Of a stretch of DNA of 64,000 bases, positions 23,131 to 36,724 are shown in pieces. The translations under genes and the position numbers were made by a program. The notes beneath the pieces are model-generated. The model did no database searches. It had not been told where the DNA came from and saw only the letters and a list, made by a program, of their open reading frames with translations. The stretch comes from Lama glama (Eukaryota). The stretch covers positions 50,594,001 to 50,658,000 of the forward strand of contig CM052816.1 in the NCBI GenBank assembly GCA_028534125.1, in the 5' to 3' direction. The first letter of the stretch is position 1; each line of letters starts with the position of its first letter.

Positions 23131-24369
23131 GCCATCTTCACAGGGTCTACTTCTATAGAATATTTGACATTGAGTAAACCAACAATTTTTTTTAAATGTT
23201 GATTTGACAAAGAAATGATGGAACTCTTAAAAGTCGAGTGAAACTGTGTTTGGAATCTGTTTTGTCATAGGCAATGTTTCAAAAGCTTCTATGTTGTTAG
23301 CCAACTGCAATTTCTCAGGGCCTTTAAAAAAAAAAAAACTGAAGTTCTTTTAGAAATTTAGAGAAGGAAGATCCAAACTGAAAATTTTCCTTGTCCTATT
23401 TAATTATAATGAATGTTTGTGATTCATAGTATAAGATGTGTCCACATAGAAAAAAGTTTGCTTTAAAATTGCTTTGCTTTAATTACAAATACCTGTGAAT
23501 AAACAATGACCCAGATGCCTTAAAGCTCTTGTGTTTAGTTCAGAAGAATAAATATTCATGGGAAAACAAGAAGTTAGGCCTTGTAAAGGTCTCTAATTAA
23601 ACAACATCAGGCTGAACTAGTTCATGGGTAATCTTAAATCATTCTATATAAAAGAATACATAATTGCAGATTTAAACCTAAAATTTTAATTGAGAGCAAG
23701 GAGTAAATTGGGAGAGGAGCTGCTGATGGTTCTTGAAAGGAAAAGGGGCTTGGAGAAATACAGGTTGCATACAGCAGCTCCTTGGCAACTGTCTCTTCCT
23801 CACTTGCCACGAGTCAAGAACAATGCAGGGAGGAAACTCTCAATGGACAAAGAAAACACAAGAATTTTGATTTTTTGGGTTAAATAGGCAAAGGGCTTGC
23901 CAAAGAAAATAAAATATGCAGACAATTAAACACTTTTGGTGGCTGAAGCAATGTCTTCCATGCCAAGCATGACAGCACTACAATGACTCACCAAACTGCC
24001 AAACTCTGGCTGGAGTGGACATCAAAATTCCTTTGAACATAAAAATGGGTGCATTGCAAGTTGAAAACAGTTTTTCAGGTTGCAAACATAAAAACTGAAA
24101 TGAACAGTATTAGATAAATAATAATCATTGTCACTAAGGCACAATTGCAAGTCTGCTGGGAAATGGATGACTGAGTACAGACCAGCACGGTCCCAACTGC
24201 TCTATCTAATTACTCAGCTAGGGAGTTCTGGACTTGGAACAGAAAATAGGTTCATGGTTTCCTGGATGATTCTAAATAGCACTTTCACTGTGTTCTTAAA
24301 ATATATTAACATTTCTAAATGTTTGTTTTAAGATGGTTGATTGAGAATGTGCTTTGGTCTTCCACTCTA

Positions 24370-24830
24370 TCATTCAGGGACTGTCAAGACAACAAACCAG
24401 TCTAGGTATTTTAAATAAAAGGAATTTAGTACAGGTGATTGGTTACCACACAGTCAAAATGTAGAGAAGGAAAAGAGGAGATGATGAGAGAACTACAAGA
24501 CATACAACAGCAGAAAGTCACTATTTCTAAGCTCTAGTAACAGCTCAGAGGACAGGGCCATCTGGCTATGGGTCGAGCCTTGGGTTAGGATCCTAAAAAG
24601 TAGGGGGTAAATGGGTACTGAAGCCGCAGAGAAAACAGAACCGTTATTAGAGATGTCAAAAGACAGAGAGAGAAGGAGCGGGGGAGATACCCTGACTTTT
24701 CCCCTCCTCCCACCTTCCGATCTTTTGCCAGTGTCTCTCATTTGCAAACTGACCCAGAAGTAGACCAGGGGTCCTAGAAACTATTGTTGCCTGCAATAAA
24801 AAGCAGAGAGGTGAAAAGAGAGCAAACTGA
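24370..24830 (-). mobile_element. ERVL-class solo LTR (LTR33/LTR41-like)
   Basis: 'ctcccaccttccgatcttttgccagtgtctctcatttgcaaactgacccagaag' and 'ctaggtattttaaataaaaggaatttagtacagg' motifs. Confidence 0.5.
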
Positions 24831-26285
24831 CATTCGACCCTCCCTTCCTGAACCTCTAAAAACTACACATACAGCATACGCAAATATCCACCTGCTCATG
24901 AACGTAAGACATAAAACTCAGACGACTGGAACCTATGATGAGCCCATGAATGTTGGAAAGCAGATGACAAGCTGAATAGAACAATTGTGGGCTAGGATGT
25001 GTGCAGGGGAGCACTAGCGGTGGGCCACAGACAGAGGGAGAGGAAGCCAAGCATAGCTGGGACATTGGATATGTTCATTATTTGGAATTCACTAGTAAGG
25101 AGTAGAAATGAATGTTGATCTCTGTTTATGTTCCTACCTTGGACCACAAAACCTAAACAGGAAGTCTGTCTCCAATGAGGAACAATGATCATGGGCACCT
25201 TGATTGAAGGAGGAATCAGCCAAGATCATGAAAACAGCCACTGCCCGGGGCATATCTTACCCCACCCCCCTTTTCACTAAAAACAGTGTGGCAGGCAAGG
25301 TGCAGCAGCATTTCCCATGTTATCCCAAAGAAACCACACAAATGGATGTGTTGAGACAATCTAATAAGGACTCCCAACGGTAAAGACAAATGCACAACCC
25401 AAAAGTCTCACACACTTAAGGAAAGCCAGCTCCGTAAAGGGACGCAGTCTCCTCAGTATCAAAGGAAACCAAGTTAGCTGAGGAGCCAGAGAGACTACTA
25501 AAATACATAACATTATTATTATAAATAAGGAAGGATATTATGTCCACGAAATCAGTATAGGTAGTTCTGAAACAAAATAAGACAGAGATAAATCCAAATG
25601 CATCATTATTTACAATGAATATGAAGAAAGAAGAGTGGAAAAGAGGTTTACTTTGGTTAGAACCTAAGTTTAGTCCATACTTTTCAGTAACTACTCACTT
25701 ATTAAAACCCAAAACTTTCAATTTAAAACTTGGCTTTTCTTTTGTGAGACAAACTAAAAGCATTTCCCTAGTTGGCTATGGGAGCCAAGTTGAGTGCCCT
25801 AACAGGAAATACAGCTACGATTTTGGTTCAAGCAGCAATAGTATGAAACTCTTTAAAATTAGATTCTCTCACCTCAGTACACAGTAACAATTGAATACCA
25901 CCCTTGTAAATAGTCATTTTTTTTCTTTAGCATGTTTTGCTTTCAATGCTTTGCTTCTCCGTGACCTCTCTGAGAAATGTGTGTGTGTGTGTGTGTGGTG
26001 TGGTCAAGGTTAACTCTGCAGATGAAGAGTCCTGTCCTGCCATCAGTTTTAACCAAAGCTCCCTGATACGTCATGGGAGCTCACAGCTTATCAGGATAGA
26101 TTCCTGGTTATCAGAAAAGCCTTAGAAGTTGATGCATATAAGATCCACAGAGATGTCTTAGCAGCATTGCTAGGATCATTAATATGGTTTCCCCTTCTCC
26201 TAATATCCTAGAAGTTAATGTCCCTCTTTGATTCACTTTCATCCTGGCAGGCACCATTGTAACTCCCAATTACAAGAGTAGAACT

Positions 26286-26453
26286 TACTGCACTTCATCA
26301 AGTTTAAGATGCATGTTTTTATCAACTTTGAAAGCACAAGGCATATTACAATTGATGGCATGTCAGCTTAATAACATTTTTTTTTCTTCACTGGTACATA
26401 AATAACAACGCATCTTATAATCAATGGTATCTTGGAGTCTATGAAATTTGGCA
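26286..26453. mobile_element. TcMar-Tigger-type MITE relic
   Basis: Degenerate terminal inverted repeats 'tactgcacttcatcaagtttaagatgc' ... 'gtatcttggagtctatgaaatttggca'. Confidence 0.5.
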
Positions 26454-26621
26454 CTTTTTTTTTGCATGCTTATTTTCACCAATATAGAAGATGTGACTAT
26501 TTATCTTGATAACTATTCCAGCCATCATCCACTGTTCACAGAATGAGTGTGTGTGTGTGTATGCTGGAGTATTATTTTACAGTAAAATTTTTCTAGATAT
26601 GTATTTATAGAATGCTGTAGG

Positions 26622-26786
26622 GCTGTGCTTCTTAAACTTGATCAACTAGCAGAATCACCAGAGGAGCCTTTAAAACAATACAGACGTCTGAGCTCTCCTG
26701 AGGTTCTGGTTCTAGAGGTACCTGAGAATCTCCAAAAAGTCCCCTGGCTGATTTTGATGACCAAAGAAATTTCAGGAGCTGTGCTA
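26622..26786. mobile_element. MER5A-like hAT-Charlie MITE
   Basis: 'gtgcttcttaaacttg..cagaatcacc..gagcctttaaaacaatacagac..ctgagaatct..gctgattttgatg'. Confidence 0.6.
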
Positions 26787-27239
26787 CAAATGAGAACAAA
26801 AGAGGAACGTCTATATACTCTACAGGAAACATGTGAAAAATAATTTTAATATATAAATATCACTGTCTGAAAGTAGGGGAAGGAAAGTCCACCCAATATC
26901 ATGCACTTCCATATTTAAAAATTCTGTTGTTTTATAAAAAACAATGTATAGTGTATCTTCAATGATTTTTTTTAGCATTAAGAAGTTAACTTCATGCTTC
27001 AAAATGTATTAAAAATGAATCTTCAGTGATCGTCAAAGTTCAAGTAGAGTTTTAACCACAGAAGATTCTGTTGATTTCCACTGAGACTTGAAAATGGATT
27101 CAATTCAATTCAGTGCCCTTTTTCTGTTACTTCCATGGTTTATGGCACACTGGTTATACCAGACATTAAGAATTATACTAGTCTCTTGAAATATTGGGTT
27201 GTATTTGTTTAATTTTGTTAGGCTTCATTGCACATGAGG

Positions 27240-27400
27240 AGGCATGATTTAATGGAAAGAGCCAGGAATCACAGGAGACCTGCTATTAACTGTGTGACCT
27301 TAGGCAGGTCATTTAATTTCTTTTGGCTCCAATCTTCTAATCTGTAAAGTAATTAAGCAGGATTAGATGACCTCTAAGATTCCTTCCACCACTACGATTA
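27240..27400 (+). mobile_element. MIR/MIR3 SINE
   Basis: 'ctgtgtgaccttaggcaggtcatttaatttct..tctgtaaag..gattagatgacctctaagattccttcca'. Confidence 0.7.
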
Positions 27401-27869
27401 TATGGCTTTTGCAGTCTGAAAAGATGCAAAGGCATATTTATTACATTTGCAGCTTATTGGCAGGAATATTTATACTATATTTGCAACTTATTGGCAGGAA
27501 CTAATCAATCTGCAATGTGAAGTTAAGAGGCACCTTTGCCATGGTGACTTTGAACTGTGATAAGTCAGTACAGTAATAAATGAGTTTCAGGGAAAGAATT
27601 TCAAGTGAATTAAGCACCAAAGAAAAGATAAGACCCTATAGCAAATTAGAGAAATATAGAAACTAATTTTAATGAGTTTTAAAACCTAATGTTATTCCAA
27701 GGACAAAATGAAACTTAGAATGTATCCTTCAAAAGAAGAAAATTGAGAGAAACTTCTTGGTCAAGTAAAAGCAAAGAAAAATTAAATTGAGAAGTAAAAG
27801 CAAGAGTGGTTCTGTCAGTTTGGACAGTATCAATTCTGAGTAACAAAAAAAATCTACTCAAACAGAAGA

Positions 27870-28380
27870 CCTTCTTTTTTGGCATATATAACTATTCAGC
27901 TGTACTAAGTGGGCTTCAGTCATGGTTTGACCAGAACCTGGCTCAGTTTCTCATCAGTTCACCTGGTCCTGTCTCACTCCATATATTGGTCTGTCTAGAC
28001 TGGCCTCCATCATGACAGCAAAACTGTTTCAGCAATCCCAGTTCTCATTTGCATTCATGACACTACCCAGAGCAAGTGAGAGGCCTTTTCTTCCCTTCAC
28101 CAGGACATAAATGCCTGAATTTCACCCTAAACCAATCTCTGAAATCAAATGAATGTCATGTCCTGATTGACTTTAATCTAAACAATTGCTCAACCATCAG
28201 GGATTAGATTAACAGATGGCTTGACATCAGTCAGAGTCCACACCTAGAGCAGGAAGTAGAGTCAACTGCATCCAAACCATATGCCTTCTGCACAGTGAGA
28301 GAAGATTGGTCTCCCAAAGGAAAGTCTGGTGGCTCTTAGGAAGGAGAAAGACAGGAATGGATACTTGGTGGGCAACCAAC
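27870..28380 (-). mobile_element. MLT1-type (K/L-like) solo LTR
   Basis: 'ccctaaaccaatctctg..tcctgattgac..tctcccaaaggaaagtctgg..ggaatggatacttgg' antisense old MaLR. Confidence 0.5.
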
Positions 28381-28554
28381 AACTGTCTTCCAAGCTGAAC
28401 ATGTGTTACCATACCAATCGCGGAGAAAAACAAGAACCTTCTCATCCCAAGATGTTGTCCTGAGACATAGACCAACAACAAGCACAGAAGTTAAAAATCT
28501 TAAGCCAAAAATAGTCAAGGAAAGGTAGTGTAAATAAACTCAATCTAATGTGTG

Positions 28555-28765
28555 ACAGCAATAATGGAGTGGTTAAAAGTTTGAGTCACAACAAACAGAT
28601 TCAAATCTCAGTTCAGTATAGCTATGTGCCCCGTTCTCTATCTATACTGTGGCCACAATAATAATATTTATGTCATAGAGATTTTATTTAATGAGAACTA
28701 CATGAGATAATGTAGGTAAAATGACTCTCAAAGTTAGCTGTAGAAGTTTCTTAGATATTAGCTTT
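28555..28765 (+). mobile_element. MIR SINE (degenerate)
   Basis: 'gagtggttaaaag..gagtcaca..attcaaatctcag..tgagataatgtaggtaaa..atattagct'. Confidence 0.5.
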
Positions 28766-30576
28766 AGTCAAATACTAAAGAAAACACAAAAGACAGTCAT
28801 TCTGAAAAAGCTCCAATTGAGGGTAAAAAAGGAAAGAATTCTCAGTAGCAGTTACGCCAAAATATAAAACCTTAATGCCATAAAAACTACACTTAAACAA
28901 TTATTGTGTCTAAATCCAGAGAAATAAAAGTTCCCTGCAAAATGACTCAAGAGCTCACAGCTGAAACATGATGCTTTGTTTAGCACAAGGAATACACTGC
29001 AGAAAAGATACTGCACATAGGTCAGTGCAGATCAACTGAGAGGAAACTGAAGGACTGAGTTGTGAGGAAGAATAAAAAGAACACGAAAACGTTTCATTAT
29101 CAGGGAAAGCTTCCTAACTGTAAGAGCTGTTAATCTAAGAAAGTGATGAAAGTTTCAATATTTTTGGACATTAAAAATAAAATGAGATAAACTGAAAGTC
29201 TAATTCACCTAGAAACAGCCAGGCATGTAGTAGGCACAAAATAACTGTGTGCTGGATAAATGAAGTTCTATGAATTATTACATATTAATTAATTTTTCCA
29301 AAGTGGATTGAGTGTCGGGAAGATGCTGTTCTAAGACCTTGGGAAACTTTGGTGAACAAAACAGACGAAAGTCCCTGCCTTCCTGGAGTTTGTATCTATT
29401 AACTTTTTAAGTAAATAATTTTATAATCTCAGAGTTCTCGCCTCTTGGAAACACAGATAATTTGAGGGAATCTTAATTTCCTATAAGCCAATCAAATTCT
29501 TTGTCTTAGTGGCAATTCCCAGAGTTTAATGAATAAATACAAATTATACAAAATGTCAGCATTGAAAATAGAGATAAAAATAAAAGTCTGTCAATTGTCA
29601 ACACTTAAATAGTTAGAATAATTTGGAGTTCTTAAAATTATTAATATTTTACTTTAAAATTCTTTCAGATTCATATATTCTTGGCACTCATTATTGGTAC
29701 AATGAAATATGATGTTATTTCATTTGTGGTAGATTGGGTAGTAACACCTTTCCTTAAGGTCCCACCCCTGTATAATACCTTTTATGAAGAAAGGGCACAG
29801 TCTGTATCTCCCGAATGTCAGTATATAGTGGAGTCTAACACAGCATCACAGACTTAAAATATTATTTGTCTAACACCTGCAATTGAATTCCTCCATAAGG
29901 AAACTGTATTTGTTCGGAAAATATATCTTGATAATTTTACTTGAAAGTCAAAACTTCATTCCATGGGATACATGTTCGGATTACTTGTTACTCTCTTAGA
30001 GAGTTGGAGCAAAGGAAGAAGAGAGTGAGTAGGGCAGTCCTAGCAAAATAGTAGAGTGAGATGTGACCTCTTCCCATGACCTTGTGAAACTTTAGGAAAC
30101 TTTTAGAATGCATGAAATTGTTGGCTCAAATTGATCTTCTGTGGAAATCAGCTAAAAAGCTGAATTTTGGATCTACATCAGCAGAGGCTGAAACAAAGCA
30201 TTACATACAGTTTTAGGGAAAATATCAGAATTAACCGTTAGAAATTGATGGAAGGCATAGGGAGGGCTCTGGATCTCCCTCGATCATAAAAATTAAGAGT
30301 TTATGCCAAGTAATCCTAAATCTTACGATGAGAGCACCTAGGTGAGGGCAGGGGGAAGTCTTGATTGGTTAATGGCTGCAGGTTGAAGTAAGAAGGCATC
30401 CAGCTGACAACTGGGTTGCAAGAAATATAAATAAAATTAGTAATATTCCTATTTCCCACTGCTTGGTAAATCTGTTCTTCAGTAATTGTACATTTGGGTT
30501 TTTGCCTATGCATTTTGCATTATGTCTTAAATATGGTGATGGATATATTCTGACCGCTTCATGATTTCTTGGGGAT

Positions 30577-30730
30577 TAATAATAGTAGCTGACATTTAAT
30601 GAGTTACATGCCAAGTGTGTTAACACTTTGCAAAGAGAAGTTTTTTTAATCCTTACATCAACCTGTGAGGTACATATTGCTTTCATCATCGTTTTATAGA
30701 TGAGGAACTGAGACTTATAAAGGTTAATTA
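30577..30730 (-). mobile_element. MIR SINE, interrupted by an L1
   Basis: 'aataatagtagctgacattta..ttttatagatgaggaactgagac..aggttaa'. Confidence 0.75.
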
Positions 30731-31112
30731 AAACAACCAGACAGAAGATCAATAAGAAAATAGAGGACTTAAACAACAGTAAAGATCGATAAGACCTAGC
30801 AGACATATACAGGAACACTTCACCCAACGACAGGGTACACATTCTTCTCCAGTACACATGGAATTTTCTCGAGATAGACCACATATTCAGTCACAAACAA
30901 GTCTTAACCAATTCAAGAAGATTAAAATCACATGAAGTATCTTTTCAATCACAATGGGATGAAACTAGAAGTGGAATGGTAGTTACCAGGGGCTGGGAGG
31001 AGAAAGATGAGGATTCTGTTTATTGAGTATAGAGTTTCAAATTTGTAAGATGAAAATATCCTGGAGATCTGTTTCACAATAACGTGTATGTGCATAGTAC
31101 TGTGGAACTAGA
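30731..31112 (+). mobile_element. L1M fragment: ORF2 endonuclease region joined directly to 3'UTR
   Basis: 30731-30970 resembles the EN region ('agacagaagatcaataag..tacacattcttctc..gatagaccaca..atgaaactagaa'); 30971-31112 resembles an L1MA/MB 3'UTR ('gaatggtagttaccaggggctggg..gagtttca..gatgaaaa..ctggagat'). Confidence 0.8.
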
Positions 31113-31544
31113 CCTGGGATGTGCTTTTCAACCCAGAGCTCACAGGCTCCCAGAATGTCATAGTTTTTTAAAAGATACCCTTAGACCATCTGTGCTCTAA
31201 GCACTTTCTGTTGCCTGAATAATATGGGTGGTCACATCAATCTTAGTCCTCAGATACCAAGCATCCAACATACTAGGCTGAAGGAAGTTCTGTCATAGTC
31301 ATCACTGGGTTTTATTCCCCTAGGTTGCACCAGGGTTCTCAGTCTTTGTGTAGCACCAATGCATGTGGAGGCCCCTGCATTTCTCACTGGTTCCCCTGCA
31401 AAGCCTACTGCTCTCTGGCTCCCAGGCTGCCTAGATCCCCGTGGGCTCAGGACCTGCTGGAATGTGATCCTTAAGCAACTTCTGCTTTCATCTCTATAAA
31501 AATTCCTGAGACAAGGAGATTTGAATATTTTTCCTTTGTCTGAC

Positions 31545-31985
31545 CAGTAACTTTTCCTTATTTTGGTAACAGCACCTCGGTTTCCTTGGGGAAAACACCT
31601 CTTCTCCACCATTAGTTTGTTTGGCTTAAATGGGAAACATCTTTGCTGGGCTGGACATATAACCAAATCCTGACCGATAAGAGCATTGTATCCCTTTGGT
31701 CACAGTGCTTGGTAAGAGATGCACAGAAGCCCCAAGCCAGGCCAAAGAGACTCGATCCAGGAAAGATGGAACTATGGGGAGAGAGGCTTTCTGGAGCTGC
31801 AGGGAGCTGGGGTGAGAGCCCACAAGAGCATGGAAACAGTCCAAAGAAAAGCAGAGCAGAGATGGCCAGAGACAGGTGACAACATTTGAGCTTTGGTTCC
31901 AGCCATGCTTGGACTTTCTAGGGAAGCCAATTAACAAGTTTTTGTGGCGATTTCACATTGCACCGTGACTAACAGTCCTTACTCA
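31545..31985 (+). mobile_element. MLT1-type (J/K-like) solo LTR
   Basis: 'ttttggtaacagcacc..tttccttgggga..ccctttggtcacagtg..acatttgagctttggttccagccatgc..gaagccaatt'. Confidence 0.6.
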
Positions 31986-34069
31986 TGGTCTTCACTGATA
32001 CACTGTACTTAATGCTTGCAATGCAGGGGAGGGAAAAATAAAAAAGTAAACAAAACAGACATTAAGATTTCAAAAAATCACCGTTCCACACACATCTTCC
32101 GAAGTTGAAGAGTGTTCAGACTATATGGAAATAATATGTTCCTAATTAATGACATTTCCAAAATTGATAAAGGTCAATTCAAAAATTTTTCATACCCCAC
32201 ATTTTCCACATATATTCTTTTGAGTTTTCTTTCTGTTATGTAGATTAAGAAAGAAGATGTATAAAAATAGGTATTTTAACCATTGCAGTTTATATCTTGA
32301 AAACATTTGTTATTTGCCAAAAGACACAAACAACAAGACCAACATGTGGGCATTTCAGTTGTTTGAATCACACCACATGTGTCAATATTGCTCATTTGCT
32401 CTTACAGTGTGATGTCTTCATTGCATATTATACTTCATAACAAATGGTTCTTCAATTGTTATGATGGAGTGTTTTTTAAAAAATTAAGATCATATAGAAA
32501 TATTGGAAATTTTGACTTCTGAAGCGTTCATTTAGACTCCCAGATAAATGACCTATTTATTCAAATACATGTGGATGCTTATAGAATTTTTTTAACTAGA
32601 ACATTTATTTCAAAGACACAGTGAATTTCTAATAGCTCTCTTTGTCATTGTGTATTTCCTTAATCAGCCACTGTTACACAGAGTTCTGCTTTTTTTTTTT
32701 TTTAACTTTCGGTAGAATGAGTTCTTAGCCTTGAGGAGTTGGAAAACACTAATGTAAGGGATTTCGTGCTGTGCATAGTAAACCAGAAAGACTCTTATTG
32801 CCCTCAGGGTTCACCCAACACCAAATCTTTAGCAGGGTTCAAAGTCATGTCTTTGGAGATGCAAGTTGCCTCTTGTAAATTAAAGCCTTTTGCTGAAGAA
32901 TCTTCCCTCTTATACTAAACTGTATACACTTCAAACCCTCAAAAGAGAAAACATTTCAGGTTCCTACCAGAGAAAAGCAACTAACTTTTGCTGAACCCGT
33001 TCAACGTTCAGCATTTCAAATGATAGCATGAAGGCTGACACATCTACTGGCCTGAACAAATGAAAAAAGAAAACAAAAACAAAAACAAAAACAGTCAAAA
33101 CAGACTCAACCATCACCTTCTAAGGAGAATATCTATGACTCAGAATTAGGTATTTTAGGATTAAGTTTTGTCAGTTTCCCTTCACATCTCTCCTTAAAGG
33201 GAAAATTAATCCACAGTTGATGCACCGCATGTTTATAATAAGAACTAATGTATTTTAATCCACAGACAACAAAAGCTGCGTCAGCATACAGTTTCCTGCC
33301 TTCATCTGTTTGCACTAAGCCAGCGGGAGGACACTTCTGTACCACTTTACCTCCACCTGCAGGTAACTGCTTTGGAACAAAACCTCATGTATCTGGGCTG
33401 GAAATAGAAGAGTTGAGAACACATTGAAGGTAAGATGTTTTAGGCTGCCAACAATTTATGAAAGAAATGCTTTTTACTTAATTCAATTTAGGTTTTTACA
33501 TTTTCTATAGTTTTTGTATTAATTTTAAGAGAAAAACATACCCTCCCTCCAACTATCAAAAAATACAGCAATATATTTTTAAGAATTAAAAATTTCTAGT
33601 AATCCCAACACCCAGTGATTGTCACTGTTATATTGGCTTGTTTTCCCAAACTTTTTAAAAGCACATTTACACACAAATAGAATTGCAGCAAATACTTTTA
33701 AGAAGAAAACTAATAAATCTTGAAAAATTATTTTGCTATGATATTCTAGATCATTTTGTGATTATCCAGATAGGGTGATAAACTTCCTGAATAACTGGCA
33801 TTCTATTTCATAAAGCATGCTCAGGAAAAGACATAGAGATACCCATAGTGAACTGTGTTTTTCACCTTGAGGTCACAATAAGAAATTTGTATTTACCACA
33901 TCTACCAGCCACCGGGAAGAAGCACCAGAATTGTCCATGTGCTCATGTGCTATACTCTGTAGCTCAGCAAAGGACAAATGTGTGTCCAGCATGGTACATT
34001 GTTTCTCCTTTCCAGGTTTTTCCTACTTTTCTTCAGTGTTTTATTTGGGCACCTTTGAACTGACACAGG

Positions 34070-34400
34070 TAGAAAATGGCACCTTGTAGGAACTCCTTGG
34101 CTTCCATGACTACCTTCTTCTGGCTTTATTACTTCTCTGAATATTCTTTCTCTTTCTTTTTTGTTAGATCTTTTTCTTCTATGTTTCTTGTTGATGTCGC
34201 TTTTCCCTATGGTTCTGTCTGCAGCTCTTCTCTCTTTTTGGGATCCCCTCCTCCTGTCCTCTTCTCCTGCCATCTCTTCCTAAGGCCTTACATACTACTT
34301 TAAAACAATTATTTCCAACTATGCATCTCAAGTGTCTACCTCTCTCTTGAGTTCCAAAACTGTACTACTTCCAACTGCCTACTCCAACTCTTTATTTAGG
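34070..34400 (+). mobile_element. L2 fragment
   Basis: 'ccttggcttccatgac..acctctctcttgagttccaaaac..ccaactgcctact'. Confidence 0.55.
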
Positions 34401-35357
34401 TGACTATTTTAAGTTAGATTTTACTTTCCAGAGAGAATGCAAGACAGGGAAATTTATTTTGGGATATGATCTGGTGAACAGAATTTGGGGACCAGTAAGA
34501 GGGGAAAATGGAAGGAAAGAAAGCTGTTTTAAGGATCTTATAGAATGCTATATTGCATTGATCTCAGGAGACTTACAAAGGTTCACAAAATGCTCCTTTT
34601 AAAAGGCTTCTCAGAATTATCTACGTAGAGTGTGAAAGGAAGAAGCTTTATCCATTGTCTGCCTTCCCCCAGTTTTTGCAGGTTGCCCCATGTGCTGTTT
34701 ATTCCCTTGTGCTTTTGGTGGCTCATAACTGAATGTTGGGAGGACTCCCTTGAAACTGGCATTCCACATGAGTGTCAGAGAAGCCCCTCTGGAAGGAAGC
34801 TAGTGTTTAGCAGCGCTTAACCCAGGATGGGCACTGTTAGCAGGAAGTGGGTCCAAATCTATACTGAAATTTGCCATGACTTGGCTGGAATCAGAGGCAC
34901 AGCTGAGCATTGCATATACCTGGACAAGTAACTTAATTAATTTGAGCATCAGCCTCTTGATTTGGAAAATGACGACTTGCGCTGTCTGCCTTATGAAGCT
35001 ATGATGAAGACAGAAAAGGTAACATATCTCAAAGTGTTTTTCAAACTCAAAAAACACTACAGAAAGCGAATATAATATTATTATGACACCCCATTTCTCA
35101 ACTACAACTTTATTTTTAAACTTTAGGAACCTAAAACCCATTTTATTTTGAATTAATTTCCCAACATAGTATGCTTATTTCTTTTGATTCTATTATGGTT
35201 AGAAATATTTACTACTGAGACAAGATCATTCAAAATATTTTATATTTTAATAGAAATTGCTTTTAGCGGGATAGCTATTTTTAAAAATCTTATTTTACAA
35301 TATTTGGTTATGTTAGAATAGCTCAGTAAACTAAAAAACAGAACTCCCAAACTTGAG

Positions 35358-35366
35358 ACACACACA

Positions 35367-35397
<31 letters not shown>
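35358..35397. repeat. (CA)n microsatellite, one interruption
   Basis: Direct reading. Confidence 0.95.
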
Positions 35398-35400
<3 letters not shown>

Positions 35401-36724
35401 AAGCTACCATCAGATGTTTAGACGTGTCATGAACAGCAGTGACACTCATTCATACTAACTTTGAAAAGCACTGTAGAAAGGATGGACAGAAGATAGGACA
35501 GAGCTGCACATGATGGATGCTAGTTACACACATGAAGAGTATTTAGGACTTCCAAAGTTCTGATACAAAGGATCTGGGCTCACATATGTGAATTATCCTT
35601 TTATAGCCTATAATTAGTAAGTTTCTGGGAACTTTGACCAAGAGATTTTTTTTTTTTACTTCTTTCCTTTGAAGCATGTAATATGATTTTTATTAAAGTC
35701 TGTATTTTTCACAAAATCCTTCCTTTGTTGAAGAATTTTCTTCTTCCCTAACAAAACAGTAATAAACAGAATATTTTAAACAAGGAAGCTGCAGTTGCTT
35801 TGTAATGTTGAAAATAATCACCCATCTTTGCAAAAGAAAATCTATTTTCAAATGTCTTTGTGGGCTAATTTTAGGTTATACGTGTCGACAGAAAGAAAGT
35901 AAGCTCGTGGGCTCCTTCTATTACTTTGAAGACGCACACTTTATCACTCTTTCTTTGACATGTAGTCATTATGTTGTTTATGAAAGTCAACTGTAGCTCC
36001 GTAGGAGATGTCCAAGAGATTTTGTCGTAAGGTATAAAAGCTTCTTCCTTAGGAAATTACCTCAAAAGCATGCAATTTGCTAACCCCTAGAGACATTTCA
36101 TTCGGTAAATAGCTTCAAGAGAGCTCTCCTTATGTTAATTACAACAGAAACTGGACTGGAACATATCTGGAAAATTGTGTAAAATTACTCTAGAGTTTTC
36201 TTTCTTACAAAGGCATATATATTTGATCCATTAACAATACTTACAATATACGGTATAATAAGATTACTTCAAATTCCCAGTCAAACCCAGTGAATCCACA
36301 TCATGTTCCAGACACAATGCCAGCTGAGAATAATGGGCAGATAACAATAAGAGAAGCATTTAATTTTTCCCCCTAATTGGCATATGCCTTTGCAAGACCC
36401 ATTCAATTAATTTCACGTGTAGGCTTATTATGCAGAGGCAAAATAAAAAGTTCAAGGTTAAAATATTTTTGGTTTCCACTGTCCAAACTTTGTCAACAGA
36501 GACTTTGACCTAATGAAACTGAGACCTTTTTCCAATCCCTTATTTTAAGAAATGATTACAGATACCATAAGCAGATCAGAGAGAAACTGGGCACAAAAGT
36601 GTTGACAAAGGAGATGTCTACTCAAGTTGACAGACAGCTCAGTTCCATTTTTGAACCAGTGCCTGTGGATTCGCTGCAGTTAAAAAGACATGAAATGCAT
36701 TCTTTTTTCCCCTCTTGCCCTTAC

